Assembly: GCA_009993605.1 (NCBI GenBank)
Contig: JAACTB010000007.1
Span: 771,333-835,332 of the forward strand
Direction of reading: 5' to 3'
From: Erythrobacter sp.
Lineage (GTDB): Bacteria > Pseudomonadota > Alphaproteobacteria > Sphingomonadales > Sphingomonadaceae
Length of the DNA: 64,000 nucleotides
This document shows, in pieces, positions 9,662 to 20,523 of this stretch (its first letter is position 1; the number at the start of each line of letters is the position of its first letter). The position numbers and the translations under genes are program-made. Under the pieces are notes generated by a model, which was not told the DNA's origin, made no database searches, and was given only the letters and a program-made list of their open reading frames with translations.

Positions 9662-12043
9662 ATGCACTCGCCCAGCGTATCCGCGCCCGATTTGCGCCGC
9701 ATCCGGGCGGGCTTTTCCTTGTCCAGCGCGCTAAGCATCTGTCTGATCGCCGGTTTCCACGCCGCGCCCGCCTCCGCGCAGGATGGCGCGGCCACAGGCA
9801 TGGCGACCGCGCAGGAACAGGCCGACAGGCCCGACCCGGACCGGTTCGACGACGAGGAAGACGGCGCCGATCTGGGCCAGCGCCCGGCGGAAACCGCGCC
9901 GCAGGACACGGTCGACCTCCCTCCCGGCCAGATCGCGGGCGAGGACCAGATCGCCTTCGAAGCGGATACGTTGAGCTACGATTCGCCCAGCGATACCGTC
10001 ACCGCCAGCGGCAATGTCGTGCTGCGCAGCGGCGATCGCTCGGTGCGCGCGGATCGCGTGACCTGGAACCGCAATAGCGGCGAAATCCTCGCCAATGGAC
10101 GCGTGCGCTTCGTGGACGAGAACGGCAACCAGCTGTTTTCGGACAGCGTGACGCTGACCGACGAATTCGAAGCGGGCGCGATGGAGAACCTCTTGCTGGC
10201 CCTGCGCCAGGGGGGGCGGCTCGCGGCGGAGACCGGATCGCGCGCGGCGGACGGCACGGTCGAGCTGGAGCGCGCGGCCTATACCGCCTGCGCCGTCACC
10301 ACGCCCGAAGGCTGCGACAAGGCGCCGAGCTGGCGCATCACCGCCGATCGGGTGACTTACGACCCGGACGACAGCCGGGTCAGCTTCCGCAACGCCTATC
10401 TCGAACTGTTCGGCGCGCGCATCCTGCCTCTGCCCGGGCTCGCCATCCGCACCGACGGGGGACCGGTCGCGGGCTTTCTTGTGCCCGATCTGCGCGTTTC
10501 GAAAAGCAACGGGCTGGAGGTCAGCGGCAGCTATTACTGGCGATTGGGTCCAAATCGCGACGCGACGCTCAGCGCCTATCTCTTCACCGAAGCGCTGCCG
10601 ATGGTGAGCGGCCAGTATCGCCAGCTCGCGGACAAGGGCGCGTTCCAGATCACGGGTTACGGCACTTATAGCCGCCGCATTTCGAACCTGACGGGCAATC
10701 GCGTGGGCGAACGCGATTTTCGCGGCTACGTCTTTGCCAACGGCCAGTTCCAGTTCGATCCCAATTGGAGCGTGACCGGATCTGCGCGGCGCGCGAGCGA
10801 CCGGACCTTCCTGCGCCGGTACGACATCAGCCGGGACGACCGGCTGCGCTCCACGATCGATGTCGAGCGGATCGACCAAAATTCCTATCTCTCGATCGCC
10901 GGCTGGGCGACGCAGACCCTGCGCCTCGGCGCCGATCAGGGCCAGGTGCCGCTGGCCCTGCCCGCGATCGACTATCGCCGTCGCCTTCCCGATCCACTGC
11001 TGGGCGGCAAGGTCGAATTGCAGGCCAACAGCCTCGCCATCCTGCGCAGCGACGGCCAGGACACCCAGCGCGCCTTCGCCCGCGCCAAATGGGATATGCG
11101 GCGCATTACCGGCATGGGCCAGCTAGTCACGCTGACCGGCCTCGTGCGCGGCGATGTCTATCATTCGAGCGACAACGCACTCACCGAAACCCCGCTCTAT
11201 CGCGGCAATCCGGGGTGGGAGACGCGCGGGATCGCGGTCGCCGCGGTGGATGTGGAATGGCCGCTGGTCGGCGAATTTCTGGGCGGCCAGCAGGTGCTGA
11301 CGCCCAGAGTCCAGTTCGCCGCCAGCCCGCCGATCCGCAATCTCGCCATCCCGAACGAGGATTCGCGCGCGATCGACCTCGAGGATTCAAACCTCTTCGC
11401 GCTCAATCGCTTCCCCGGTTACGACCGGGTCGAGGATGGCGCCCGCATCACCTACGGCCTCGACTGGCAATTGCGCGCGCCGGGATGGGACGTGAACACG
11501 ACCGTGGGGCAGACCTATCGCCTGGACAAGGATCCCGGCGTATTCGTCGACGGGACCGGCCTTTCGGAACGCGTCTCGGACGTGGTCGGCCGCACCCAGG
11601 TCCGCTTCCGCGATTTCGTCAAGCTGACGCACCGCTTCCGGCTCGACAAGGACAATCTCGCCGTGCGCCGCAACGAGCTCGATGCGACGGTGGGCAGTGC
11701 ACGAACCTATGCCGAAATCGGTTATCTGCGCCTCAATCGCGATATCACCCAGGTGGAGGATTTGCAGGATCGCGAGGAATTGCGCGCCGCCGCCAGAGTC
11801 GCATTCCGTACCTATTGGTCGGTGTTCGGTTCGGGCGTCTTCAACCTCACCAATCGCGACGAGGACCCGACGCTCGGCTCCGACGGTTTCCAGCCCATCC
11901 GCACACGCCTCGGCGTCGCCTACGAGGACGACTGCCTCGAAATGGGCCTGACCTGGCGGCGCGACTATCTCGATACCGGCGATGCGCAGCGGGGCGACAC
12001 CTTCCAGGTCTATTTCGCCCTGCGAAATCTCGGCTTCCGCTGA
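9662..12043 (+). CDS. lptD: LptD/OstA outer-membrane assembly protein
   Basis: Signal-like N-terminus, FEADTLSYD OstA domain, YTAC...C...PSW, EDS.NLF..NRF.GYDRVE.G, beta-barrel ending in LRNLGFR; precedes surA-pdxA-rsmA. Confidence 0.88.
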   Translation: MHSPSVSAPDLRRIRAGFSLSSALSICLIAGFHAAPASAQDGAATGMATAQEQADRPDPDRFDDEEDGADLGQRPAETAPQDTVDLPPGQIAGEDQIAFEADTLSYDSPSDTVTASGNVVLRSGDRSVRADRVTWNRNSGEILANGRVRFVDENGNQLFSDSVTLTDEFEAGAMENLLLALRQGGRLAAETGSRAADGTVELERAAYTACAVTTPEGCDKAPSWRITADRVTYDPDDSRVSFRNAYLELFGARILPLPGLAIRTDGGPVAGFLVPDLRVSKSNGLEVSGSYYWRLGPNRDATLSAYLFTEALPMVSGQYRQLADKGAFQITGYGTYSRRISNLTGNRVGERDFRGYVFANGQFQFDPNWSVTGSARRASDRTFLRRYDISRDDRLRSTIDVERIDQNSYLSIAGWATQTLRLGADQGQVPLALPAIDYRRRLPDPLLGGKVELQANSLAILRSDGQDTQRAFARAKWDMRRITGMGQLVTLTGLVRGDVYHSSDNALTETPLYRGNPGWETRGIAVAAVDVEWPLVGEFLGGQQVLTPRVQFAASPPIRNLAIPNEDSRAIDLEDSNLFALNRFPGYDRVEDGARITYGLDWQLRAPGWDVNTTVGQTYRLDKDPGVFVDGTGLSERVSDVVGRTQVRFRDFVKLTHRFRLDKDNLAVRRNELDATVGSARTYAEIGYLRLNRDITQVEDLQDREELRAAARVAFRTYWSVFGSGVFNLTNRDEDPTLGSDGFQPIRTRLGVAYEDDCLEMGLTWRRDYLDTGDAQRGDTFQVYFALRNLGFR

Positions 12044-12181
12044 GGCGCTATGCGTCGCGCCCGTTGGCAGCGTGGCTCCGATGCGCTAATCGCCGCGGCC
12101 AATCAGCTACGGTTAAGCCGCGCGGCGGCAAAGCCGGGCCATATCCGGGCGCAATCATCGCGCCGCTATTGGGCTATCTCT

Positions 12182-13534
12182 GTGAACCGCAAACCTGTTT
12201 CCTCCCTCGTTTCCCTCGCTGCGGTGCTTGGCCTGCTGGCCGCGCCGATGCCCGCTTTGGCGCAGGTCCAGGCGAATGCGCCCGAGGCGGACAATCCGCT
12301 GGGCCTGCCCGAATCGGTGACGTTGCTGGGTGAAAGCAATCCCAATGTGCGCACCGCCACCGCCGTGGTGAACGGCGATGTCATCACCGGGACCGACGTC
12401 GATCAGCGCGTCGCCCTGGTCACGGCCGCGAACGATCAGGAATTGAGTGCGGAAGATACCCAGCGGCTCAAGATGCAGGTGCTGCGCAATCTGATCGACG
12501 AGACCTTGCAGATCCAGGAAGCCGCCGCGCAGGAGATCGAGGTCACCGATGCCGAGGTGGAGCAGCGTTACGCCGCTGTCTCGCAGCAGAATTTCGGGCA
12601 GCGCGACGGAGCGATGAACGCCTATCTCCAGGAGATCGGCTCGTCGCCCAACTCGCTGAAGCGCCAGATCAAGGGCGAACTGGCATGGCAGCGTCTGCTG
12701 CGCCGCAACGTTGCCCCGTTCGTCAGCGTGTCGGGTGAAGAGGTCAACGAACAGCTCGAACGATTGGAGGCCTCGCGCGGGACGGAGGAATACCGGGTGG
12801 GGGAAATCTACCTTTCCGCCACACCCGAATCGCAGGCGACGGTTGAGCAAAACGCGCGCAGTATCGTCGAGCAATTGCGGCAGGGCGGCAGCTTCGTCGC
12901 GTATGCCCGGCAGTATTCGGAAGCCACCACCGCCGCGGTCGGCGGCGATCTCGGCTGGGTGCGGCCTGGTCAGCTTCCGGCGGCCCTGGCCGAAGTCGTC
13001 GTACAGATGCAGCCGGGCCAGCTCGTCGGCCCGGTGCCGATTCCCGGTGGGCTCTCGATCCTCTATCTGATTGACCAGCGCCAGGTCCTCACCGCCGATC
13101 CGCGCGATGCTGTGCTCAGTCTCAAGCAGATTTCTATCGGCTTCGAACCGGGCACCACGCAGGCCCAGGCGACTTCGCGCGTCGAAAGCTTCGCGCGCGG
13201 CGTTTCGCAGATTCGCGGCTGCGGCGATGCGGAGAACGCGGCGGCAGCGCTCGGGGCCAGCATCGTCACCAACGATCAGATCCGCGTCCGCTCTCTCCCC
13301 GACGCCTTGCAGAACGCCATCCTGCAATTGCAGATCGGGCAGGTCACCCCGCCCTTCGGCAGCGTGGAGGACGGCATCCGCGTGCTGATGCTGTGCGGTC
13401 GCGACGATCCCCAGCAGAGCGCCGGACCCGATTTCGAAACGCTGATGAACCAGATCGAGGACGAGCGCATTGGCAAGCGCGCCCAGCGCTATCTGCGCGA
13501 CCTGCGCAACGACGCCTATATCGAGTATAACTGA
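12182..13534 (+). CDS. surA: SurA-type peptidyl-prolyl isomerase/chaperone
   Basis: AVVNGDVIT..DV, LIDETLQIQEA, parvulin motif ARQYSEA..A..GGDLGWV; GTG start inferred. Confidence 0.85.
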   Translation: MNRKPVSSLVSLAAVLGLLAAPMPALAQVQANAPEADNPLGLPESVTLLGESNPNVRTATAVVNGDVITGTDVDQRVALVTAANDQELSAEDTQRLKMQVLRNLIDETLQIQEAAAQEIEVTDAEVEQRYAAVSQQNFGQRDGAMNAYLQEIGSSPNSLKRQIKGELAWQRLLRRNVAPFVSVSGEEVNEQLERLEASRGTEEYRVGEIYLSATPESQATVEQNARSIVEQLRQGGSFVAYARQYSEATTAAVGGDLGWVRPGQLPAALAEVVVQMQPGQLVGPVPIPGGLSILYLIDQRQVLTADPRDAVLSLKQISIGFEPGTTQAQATSRVESFARGVSQIRGCGDAENAAAALGASIVTNDQIRVRSLPDALQNAILQLQIGQVTPPFGSVEDGIRVLMLCGRDDPQQSAGPDFETLMNQIEDERIGKRAQRYLRDLRNDAYIEYN

Positions 13535-13535
13535 C

Positions 13536-14534
13536 ATGCTCCCTCTCGCCGTATCGCTTGGCGATCCGGCGGGGATCGGGCCGGAGATCATCGTCGAAAG
13601 CTGGGCGAGACGGCATGAGAAAGGGCTCGCGCCCTTCTTCGTGACCGGCGGGCCGGGCCTACTGGAGCAAGCCAGTACCGCGCGCGGCATCGAATGCCCG
13701 ATCCTGCGCATCGACGATCCGGCAAAAGCGGTTGAGTGCTTCGACGAGGGGCTTCCCGTCTTGGGGCAGGAGGATGCCTCCTATCGACCTGGAATGCCCG
13801 ACGATGCCGGGGCCGCGCTCGCACTGGGATCGCTGGCCGAGGCGGTGCGGATGGCGCTGCTCGGCAAGGCCTCCGGCGTCGTCACCGCGCCCGTCGCCAA
13901 GGCACAATTGGCGCGGGTCGGGTTCGAATTTCCCGGCCAGACCGAATTTCTCGCCGCCGCCTGCGGGTTGGGGCCGGACGAGGTGGTGATGATGCTCGCC
14001 GGGCCGAGCCTGCGCGCCGTTCCGGTGACGGTCCATTGCGCGCTTGCCGACGTGCCGCGCCTGCTCGATACGGAAAAAATCGCGGCCAAGGCGCGGATTG
14101 TCGCCAGCGCCCTCTCCCGCGATTTCGGCATCGAGGCGCCGAGCATCGCGGTCTGCGGCCTCAATCCCCATGCCGGCGAGGGCGGCAAGTTCGGCCACGA
14201 GGAGCGCGACATCATCGCACCCGCCATCGAAATCGTGCGCAGCGAGGGGATCGCCATAACCGGCCCGCACCCCGCCGATGCTCTCTTCACGCCGCGCGCG
14301 CGCCAGACCTATGACGCGGCGCTGGCGATGTATCACGATCAGGCGCTGGTTCCCTTGAAAGCGCTCGATTTCGACGAGGGTGTCAATGTCACGCTCTGCC
14401 TTCCCATCGTGCGGACCTCGCCCGATCACGGGACGGCGTTCGACATTGCGGGCAAGGGCCTCGCCGATCCGGGCGCGATGATGGCGGCGCTTCGGATGGC
14501 GAGCGCGATGGCCGAACGTCGGGCGATTTCCTGA
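13536..14534 (+). CDS. pdxA: 4-hydroxythreonine-4-phosphate dehydrogenase
   Basis: GDPAGIGPEI, TAPVAK, FPGQTEFL, GLNPHAGE, MYHDQ, RTSPDHGTAFDIAGKG. Confidence 0.96.
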   Translation: MLPLAVSLGDPAGIGPEIIVESWARRHEKGLAPFFVTGGPGLLEQASTARGIECPILRIDDPAKAVECFDEGLPVLGQEDASYRPGMPDDAGAALALGSLAEAVRMALLGKASGVVTAPVAKAQLARVGFEFPGQTEFLAAACGLGPDEVVMMLAGPSLRAVPVTVHCALADVPRLLDTEKIAAKARIVASALSRDFGIEAPSIAVCGLNPHAGEGGKFGHEERDIIAPAIEIVRSEGIAITGPHPADALFTPRARQTYDAALAMYHDQALVPLKALDFDEGVNVTLCLPIVRTSPDHGTAFDIAGKGLADPGAMMAALRMASAMAERRAIS

Positions 14535-15370
14535 TGCCCGACCTTCCCCCCTTGCGCGAGGTAATCGCGCGCCACGGCCTGTCCGCGAGCAAGGCGCTGG
14601 GCCAGAATTTCCTGTTCGATGAACAGCTGCTCGACCGGATTGCGGCGATCCCCGGCGATCTCGCGGGCCGACAAGTACTGGAGATCGGCCCTGGCCCCGG
14701 TGGCCTTACCCGCGCGCTGTTGCGGGCGGGCGCACGCGTCACCGCGATCGAGATGGATTCGCGTTGTCTTCCGGCCCTCGCCGAACTCGAAGACGCTTTC
14801 CCCGGTCAGCTCACCGTGATCCATGGCGACGCGATGAAGATGGACCATGCCGAGTTGATGGGTGGCGAGGCTTTCGAGGTGGTCGCGAACCTGCCCTATA
14901 ATGTCGGCACCGCCCTGTTCGTGCGTTGGCTTTCGGGCGAGGATTGGCCCCCGCTCTGGACCGGGCTGACGCTGATGTTTCAGCAGGAGGTCGCCCAACG
15001 CATCGTCGCCTCGCCGGGAGGTTCGGCTTATGGGAGGCTCGCGGTGCTGGCGCAGTGGCGCGGTGAGGCGAAGCTGGCGATGAAGGTCCACCGCAGCGCC
15101 TTCACGCCCCCGCCCAAGGTCATGAGCGCGATCGTCCATGTGACGCCCACGTCCATGCCAGACGGCGTCAGCGCCCGCACGCTCGAACGCCTGACCGAGG
15201 CCGCCTTCGGCCAGCGCCGCAAGATGCTGCGCCAGAGCCTGAAGGGCGTGCCTGGCGCGATCGAGGCGATGGAAACGCTCGGTATCGATTCGCAACGGCG
15301 GGCCGAAACCTTGCGCGTCGCCGATTTCGTCGCACTGGCGAGGCAGGTGGACGGGGCGACGAAACGATAG
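14534..15370 (+). CDS. rsmA: 16S rRNA dimethyladenosine transferase
   Basis: KALGQNFL, LEIGPGPGGLT, VANLPYN, FQQEVAQR, FTPPPKV, AFGQRRKML. Confidence 0.96.
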   Translation: MPDLPPLREVIARHGLSASKALGQNFLFDEQLLDRIAAIPGDLAGRQVLEIGPGPGGLTRALLRAGARVTAIEMDSRCLPALAELEDAFPGQLTVIHGDAMKMDHAELMGGEAFEVVANLPYNVGTALFVRWLSGEDWPPLWTGLTLMFQQEVAQRIVASPGGSAYGRLAVLAQWRGEAKLAMKVHRSAFTPPPKVMSAIVHVTPTSMPDGVSARTLERLTEAAFGQRRKMLRQSLKGVPGAIEAMETLGIDSQRRAETLRVADFVALARQVDGATKR

Positions 15371-15410
15371 CGTCTCGCCATGCATTGACGGGGTGAAGGA
15401 GAATATTTCC

Positions 15411-16025
15411 ATGTCCGTCAAAGCCATCGCCATCAATTGTTCGCTCAAGAAAAGCAGCGGCGAGCCCAGTTCGACCGACGCGATGATCGCATTGCTGAAA
15501 GGAAAATTCTCCGATCACGATGTCGAGATCACCGAAACGCTGCGGGTCGCGGACTACAATGTGCTGCCCGGGGTCACCTCCGACGAAGGCGACGGAGACG
15601 ACTGGCCGGAATTGCGCGAGAAGATTCTTGCGCATGATATCCTGATCTTCGGCGGGCCAATCTGGATGGGCCAGATCGGATCGATCGCGAAACGCGTGCT
15701 CGAACGTATGGATGCCTTCCTCGGCGAAACCGACGACAAGGGTCGCATGCCCAGTTCCGGCAAAATTGCGGTAGCTGCAATCGTCGGCAACGAGGATGGC
15801 GCGCATTGGAGTTCGGCGCAGCTCTTCCAGTCGCTGAACGACACCGGCTGGACCATCCCTGCCGCTGCCGCCTGCTATTGGGTCGGAGAAGCCATGGGCA
15901 GCATCGATTTCAAGGATCTCGATCAGGTGCCCGACAAGACGGACGTCACTGCGACCACAGTGGCCGCGAATGCCGCCCATCTTGCCAGATTGCTGAAGAA
16001 CGAGCCCTATCCGGGCACGAACTGA
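15411..16025 (+). CDS. Flavodoxin-fold / NADPH-dependent FMN reductase family protein
   Basis: CSLKKS..SST, HDILIFGGPIWMG, VGNEDGA; GGAGA RBS upstream of ATG 15411. Confidence 0.75.
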   Translation: MSVKAIAINCSLKKSSGEPSSTDAMIALLKGKFSDHDVEITETLRVADYNVLPGVTSDEGDGDDWPELREKILAHDILIFGGPIWMGQIGSIAKRVLERMDAFLGETDDKGRMPSSGKIAVAAIVGNEDGAHWSSAQLFQSLNDTGWTIPAAAACYWVGEAMGSIDFKDLDQVPDKTDVTATTVAANAAHLARLLKNEPYPGTN

Positions 16026-16028
16026 GTT

Positions 16029-18125
16029 TCAGCCCGCCGCCTTCTTGACCCGCCGCCATTCATGCAGCAGCGGTTCGGTGTAGCCGCTTGGCTGGGAAAC
16101 GCCCTTGAAGATCAGATCCTTCGCGGCTCTGAAGGCAGGCGCGTCCCGGTTCTCCAGCAAGGGTTCGTAAGCCGGATCGCCCGCATTCTGCGCATCGACT
16201 TTGGCTGCCATGCGGGTGAGCGCGTCCATAACCTGATCCTCGCTCACGACTCCGTGCAGCAGCCAGTTGGCGATATGTTGCGACGAAATGCGCAGCGTCG
16301 CCCGGTCCTCCATGAGGCCGACATCGTTGATATCGGGCACCTTGGAACAGCCGACGCCCTGATCGATCCAGCGCACCACATAGCCGAGCAGGCCCTGGCA
16401 GTTGTTGTCGAGCTCCTCGCGGATTTCCTCGTCCGACCAGTTGACGCCGCTCGCCAGCGGGATCGTCAGCAACTCGTCCAGCTTCGCCGCATCGGCTAGG
16501 CCTTTCTGGATTTCGAACACGTCCTCGCGGTGATAATGGATCGCGTGCAGGGTCGCTGCGGTCGGGCTCGGCACCCAGGCGGTGTTGGCACCTGCGCGCA
16601 GATGGCCGATCTTTTCGATCATCATCTGCCCCATCAGATCGGGCGCGGCCCACATGCCCTTGCCGATCTGCGCCCGGCCAGAAAGCCCGTGCGCCAGCCC
16701 GATCCCGACATTGCGCGCCTCGTACGCCTTGAGCCAGGGCGCCGCCTTCATCGCGCCCTTGCGCAGCATCGGTCCGGCGCGCATCGAAGTGTGCATCTCG
16801 TCGCCCGTCCGGTCGAGGAAGCCGGTATTGATAAACACCACGCGGTCCGTCACCGCATGGATGCAGGCGCCGAGATTGGCGGATGTGCGCCGTTCCTCGT
16901 CCATCACGCCGACCTTCATGGTGTGGCGCGACAACCCGAGCAGATCCTCCACCGCGTCGAACAGGTCGTTGGTGAAAGCGCATTCCTCCGGCCCGTGCAT
17001 CTTGGGCTTCACGATGTAGATCGAGCCTGTGCGCGAGTTTCCGAACCGCGTCTTGCCCGCCACGTCGAGCGCGCCGATCGCTCCGGTGACGACCGCGTCC
17101 ATGATGCCTTCGGGAATCTCGCCGCCGTCCCACAGCATGGCGGGATTGGTCATCAAGTGCCCGACATTGCGGACGAACATGAGGCTGCGGCCCGGAAGTC
17201 GTTGGTCGGCCCCATCCGCATCGCGATAAATCTTGTCCGCGCACAGCCGCCGCGTCTGCTTCGCCCCGCCTTTCTCGAAACTTTCCTCGAGATCGCCCCG
17301 GATCACGCCGAGCCAGTTGCGATAGCCGAGCAGCTTGTCCTCGGCATCGACCGCCGCAACCGAATCCTCGAGATCGGCGATGGTGGTGAGCGCCGCTTCG
17401 AGGACGATATCGCTGATTCCGGCCTCGTCGGTGCGCGCGACCGGGTGATCGGCTGCGAACTGCACCTCGATATGGAGACCGTTGTGTTTGAACAGCCTAC
17501 CGGCATCGGTCCGACCGACAAAAGCGGTCTCATCGGCCAGACGGATGTCGTCCACGCCGGAAATGTCGCGCCAGCTGCCGTCCGCAAGCGGCAGGATTTC
17601 GTCGAGAAAGCGGCGGCCCTCCGCGATCACGGCATCGCCGCGCTTCTGATCGTATCCTCCCGGAACCGGCGGCGGCGCGTCGAGCGCGTCGGTGCCGTAG
17701 AGCGCATCGTAAAGGCTGCCCCAGCGCGCATTGGCGGCGTTCAGCAGGAACCGCGCATTGAGGATCGGCACGACCAGCTGCGGGCCCGCCATGGTCGCGA
17801 TTTCGGAATCGACGTTTTCGGTCCCGATCGTGAAGGGAGCGGGCTCGGGAACAAGGTAGCCGATCTCTTCCAGAAAGGCGCGATAGGCCTTGGCATCGTG
17901 CGCTTGTCCGGCGCGTTCGGAATGCCAGTCGTCGATCTTCGCCTGAAGCTCTTCGCGCGACTGCAGCAAGCGGCGGTTGCGCGGGGCGAAACTGCCCAGA
18001 AGGGATGCGAAGCCCTGCCAGAACGCATCCGCGTCCTTCTCCAGCGCGTTGAGGATCTCGGTCTCGATGAAGTCGGCCAGAGCGGGATCGACCTCGATCC
18101 CGGCGCGGTTCACGTATTCGGTCAT
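16029..18125 (-). CDS. glcB: Malate synthase G
   Basis: [61 protein letters not shown]. Confidence 0.97.
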   Translation of the reverse strand: MTEYVNRAGIEVDPALADFIETEILNALEKDADAFWQGFASLLGSFAPRNRRLLQSREELQAKIDDWHSERAGQAHDAKAYRAFLEEIGYLVPEPAPFTIGTENVDSEIATMAGPQLVVPILNARFLLNAANARWGSLYDALYGTDALDAPPPVPGGYDQKRGDAVIAEGRRFLDEILPLADGSWRDISGVDDIRLADETAFVGRTDAGRLFKHNGLHIEVQFAADHPVARTDEAGISDIVLEAALTTIADLEDSVAAVDAEDKLLGYRNWLGVIRGDLEESFEKGGAKQTRRLCADKIYRDADGADQRLPGRSLMFVRNVGHLMTNPAMLWDGGEIPEGIMDAVVTGAIGALDVAGKTRFGNSRTGSIYIVKPKMHGPEECAFTNDLFDAVEDLLGLSRHTMKVGVMDEERRTSANLGACIHAVTDRVVFINTGFLDRTGDEMHTSMRAGPMLRKGAMKAAPWLKAYEARNVGIGLAHGLSGRAQIGKGMWAAPDLMGQMMIEKIGHLRAGANTAWVPSPTAATLHAIHYHREDVFEIQKGLADAAKLDELLTIPLASGVNWSDEEIREELDNNCQGLLGYVVRWIDQGVGCSKVPDINDVGLMEDRATLRISSQHIANWLLHGVVSEDQVMDALTRMAAKVDAQNAGDPAYEPLLENRDAPAFRAAKDLIFKGVSQPSGYTEPLLHEWRRVKKAAG

Positions 18126-18310
18126 GTAAGAAAACTCACCCGTAATCTGCTGAAACAGTCTGCTGAAATTCGAAAAGCGGATCCCGGGGAGGAGATGGCA
18201 GGATTATGCGGACGCAGGCAAGGCTTTGCAAGAGGGGCTTGGCGATCGCTTCAAAAGCCCGAAGGCACCGGGCTGGCAAACCCCACGCACCGCCGCTAAG
18301 CCCCCATGCG

Positions 18311-19510
18311 ATGACCAGACACGCTGACCTTCTCGACCGTATCGATGCCAAGACCATGCTCGACCAGACCCTCGATTGGGCGTCGATCAACACCGGTACC
18401 GCCAATCTCGAAGGGCTGGCGACGATGGCGGAAAAGCTTTCCGCCGCCTTCTCCAGTCTTCCGGGCGAAATCGAACTGGTCGAGCCGGCCGAGGTCAGCG
18501 CCATTGCCGCTGACGGGACCGAGTTCGAAAAGCCTCATGGCCGCCACATGGTCCTGCGCGTCCGCCCCGAAGCGGAGCGGCGCGTGGTGCTGACCGGGCA
18601 TATGGACACCGTCTATCCCGCCGATCATCCCTTCCAGGACAACACCTGGCTCGACGACGAGACCGTGAACGGTCCCGGCACCGCCGACATGAAGGGCGGG
18701 CTGTGCGTGATCCTCCACGCGCTGACAGCGTTCGAGGCGAACGGAGGCGCACATCGGCTCGGTTACGACGTCATGATCAATTCGGATGAGGAAACCGGCA
18801 GCCTGGCGAGCCGCCCGCTGATCGAGCAATTGGCGCGGGGCAAATACGCGGCGCTGACTTACGAGCCCAGCGCGCTTCCCGACGGCACGCTCGCCCATGC
18901 GCGCGGCGGCACCGGAAATTACTCGATCACCCTGCGCGGCCGCAGCGCCCATGCCGGGCGAAATCCGCAGGACGGGCGCAACGCCATCGTCGCCGCGTCC
19001 GATCTCGTGATGCGGATCGTCGAACTGGCGAAGGACGACATCACGATCAACCCGGCAAAGATCGAAGGCGGGGCGGCCAACAACGTCGTGCCCGACCTTG
19101 CGATCCTGCGCTTCAACATCCGCCCCAAATCGACCGACGCCATGGAGCGCTTCGACGGCGAGCTCGCGCCCATCCTCGCCGCGATCGAGGCGCAGCACGA
19201 GGTTTCCGCCCATCGCCATGGCGGAGTGACCCGCCCGCCCAAGCCGGTCGATGACCGCGCCCAGAAGTTGTTCGATCTCGTCAAAAGCTGCGGCGCGGAA
19301 CTCGGCCAGACCATCGGCTGGAAGCCGACCGGCGGCGTGTGCGACGGCAATAACATCGCTTCGTGCGGCGTCCCCGTGGTCGACACCATGGGGGTCAGAG
19401 GCGGCGCCATCCATTCGCCAGACGAATTCATGATCGTCCCCTCGCTTCCCGAGCGGGCCGCGCTGTCGGCTCTGGTGCTTGAAAAACTCGCCAACGGAGA
19501 CCCGCTTTGA
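18311..19510 (+). CDS. M20-family metallohydrolase (ArgE/DapE/CPG2-like)
   Basis: GHMDTV, GPGTADMKGG, SDEE, HAG, GG.CDGN, C-terminal HSPDE metal ligands; overlaps the astA start. Confidence 0.85.
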   Translation: MTRHADLLDRIDAKTMLDQTLDWASINTGTANLEGLATMAEKLSAAFSSLPGEIELVEPAEVSAIAADGTEFEKPHGRHMVLRVRPEAERRVVLTGHMDTVYPADHPFQDNTWLDDETVNGPGTADMKGGLCVILHALTAFEANGGAHRLGYDVMINSDEETGSLASRPLIEQLARGKYAALTYEPSALPDGTLAHARGGTGNYSITLRGRSAHAGRNPQDGRNAIVAASDLVMRIVELAKDDITINPAKIEGGAANNVVPDLAILRFNIRPKSTDAMERFDGELAPILAAIEAQHEVSAHRHGGVTRPPKPVDDRAQKLFDLVKSCGAELGQTIGWKPTGGVCDGNNIASCGVPVVDTMGVRGGAIHSPDEFMIVPSLPERAALSALVLEKLANGDPL

Positions 19511-20523
19511 CCTTTCGCCTGCGTGCCGCCCGGCCCGAAGATATCGAACCGCTCTACGAAATGGCGAAGCTGACCGGCGGCGGCTTCACCAACCTCCCCG
19601 CCGATCGCAACGCGCTGGAGGCCAAACTGGCCCGCGCGCAGGCGGCCTTCGCACGCGACGACGACGAGCTGGGCGACGATCAGTTCGTGCTGGTGCTGGA
19701 AAACACCGAAAATGGCCAAGTGCGCGGCACGTGCCAGTTGTTCACGCAGGTCGGCCAGCAATGGCCGTTCTATTCCTATCGCCTGACTACCCTGACCCAA
19801 CACAGCCAGGAACTCGACCGCACGGTACGCGCCGAATTGCTGAGCCTCGTCACCGATCTGGAAGGGTCGAGCGAGGTGGGCGGCCTGTTCCTCCATCCCA
19901 ATGAGCGCGCAGGCGGGTTGGGCCTGCTGCTTGCGCGCAGCCGCTACCTGTTCATCGCCATGCATCGCCTGCGCTTTGCTCCGCGCATCCTCGCCGAACT
20001 GCGCGGCATTATCGACGATGCCGGCGGATCGCCGTTCTGGGACGGGGTCGCGGGGCGGTTCTTCGGGATGAGCTTCCAGGAGGCCGATTATTTCAATGCC
20101 ATCAACGGCAACCAGTTCATCGCCGATTTGATGCCGAAACACCCGGTCTATGTCGCCATGCTGGACGAGGCGGCGCGCAAGGTGATCGGCCTGCCCCACC
20201 CCACCGGGCGCGCGGCGATGCGGATGCTGGAGCAGGAAGGCTTCGCCTTCGAAAACTACGTCGACATCTTCGATGGCGGGCCGACCATGACCGCGCGCAC
20301 CAACCAGGTGAAGAGCATCGCGGAAGCCAAGCCCTCCACGGTGAGCGATATTTCGCTCGACATCGGAGAACGCGCGCTGATCGCCACCGGCTCCCTCGCC
20401 GATTTCCGCTGTGCCTATGGCCGGCGCGAGGTGGGCGATGACGGGACGATCGCCATCGATCAAACCTGTGCGCGCACGCTTGAACTCGATGTCGGCGACG
20501 AGGTCTGGAGCGTGGCGCGATGA
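19507..20523 (+). CDS. astA: Arginine N-succinyltransferase
   Basis: GFTNLP, SEVGGLFLHP, LLARSRYLFIA, AELRG, SPFW, YVDIFDGGP; TTG start. Confidence 0.93.
   Translation: MTFRLRAARPEDIEPLYEMAKLTGGGFTNLPADRNALEAKLARAQAAFARDDDELGDDQFVLVLENTENGQVRGTCQLFTQVGQQWPFYSYRLTTLTQHSQELDRTVRAELLSLVTDLEGSSEVGGLFLHPNERAGGLGLLLARSRYLFIAMHRLRFAPRILAELRGIIDDAGGSPFWDGVAGRFFGMSFQEADYFNAINGNQFIADLMPKHPVYVAMLDEAARKVIGLPHPTGRAAMRMLEQEGFAFENYVDIFDGGPTMTARTNQVKSIAEAKPSTVSDISLDIGERALIATGSLADFRCAYGRREVGDDGTIAIDQTCARTLELDVGDEVWSVAR

Noticed and set aside
15411-16025. Flavodoxin-fold gene with somewhat lower GC at its 5' end, a possible foreign insert
   Set aside because: Small spot counts (about 48-57% in two 60-nt lines) and no flanking repeats or mobility genes; insufficient evidence
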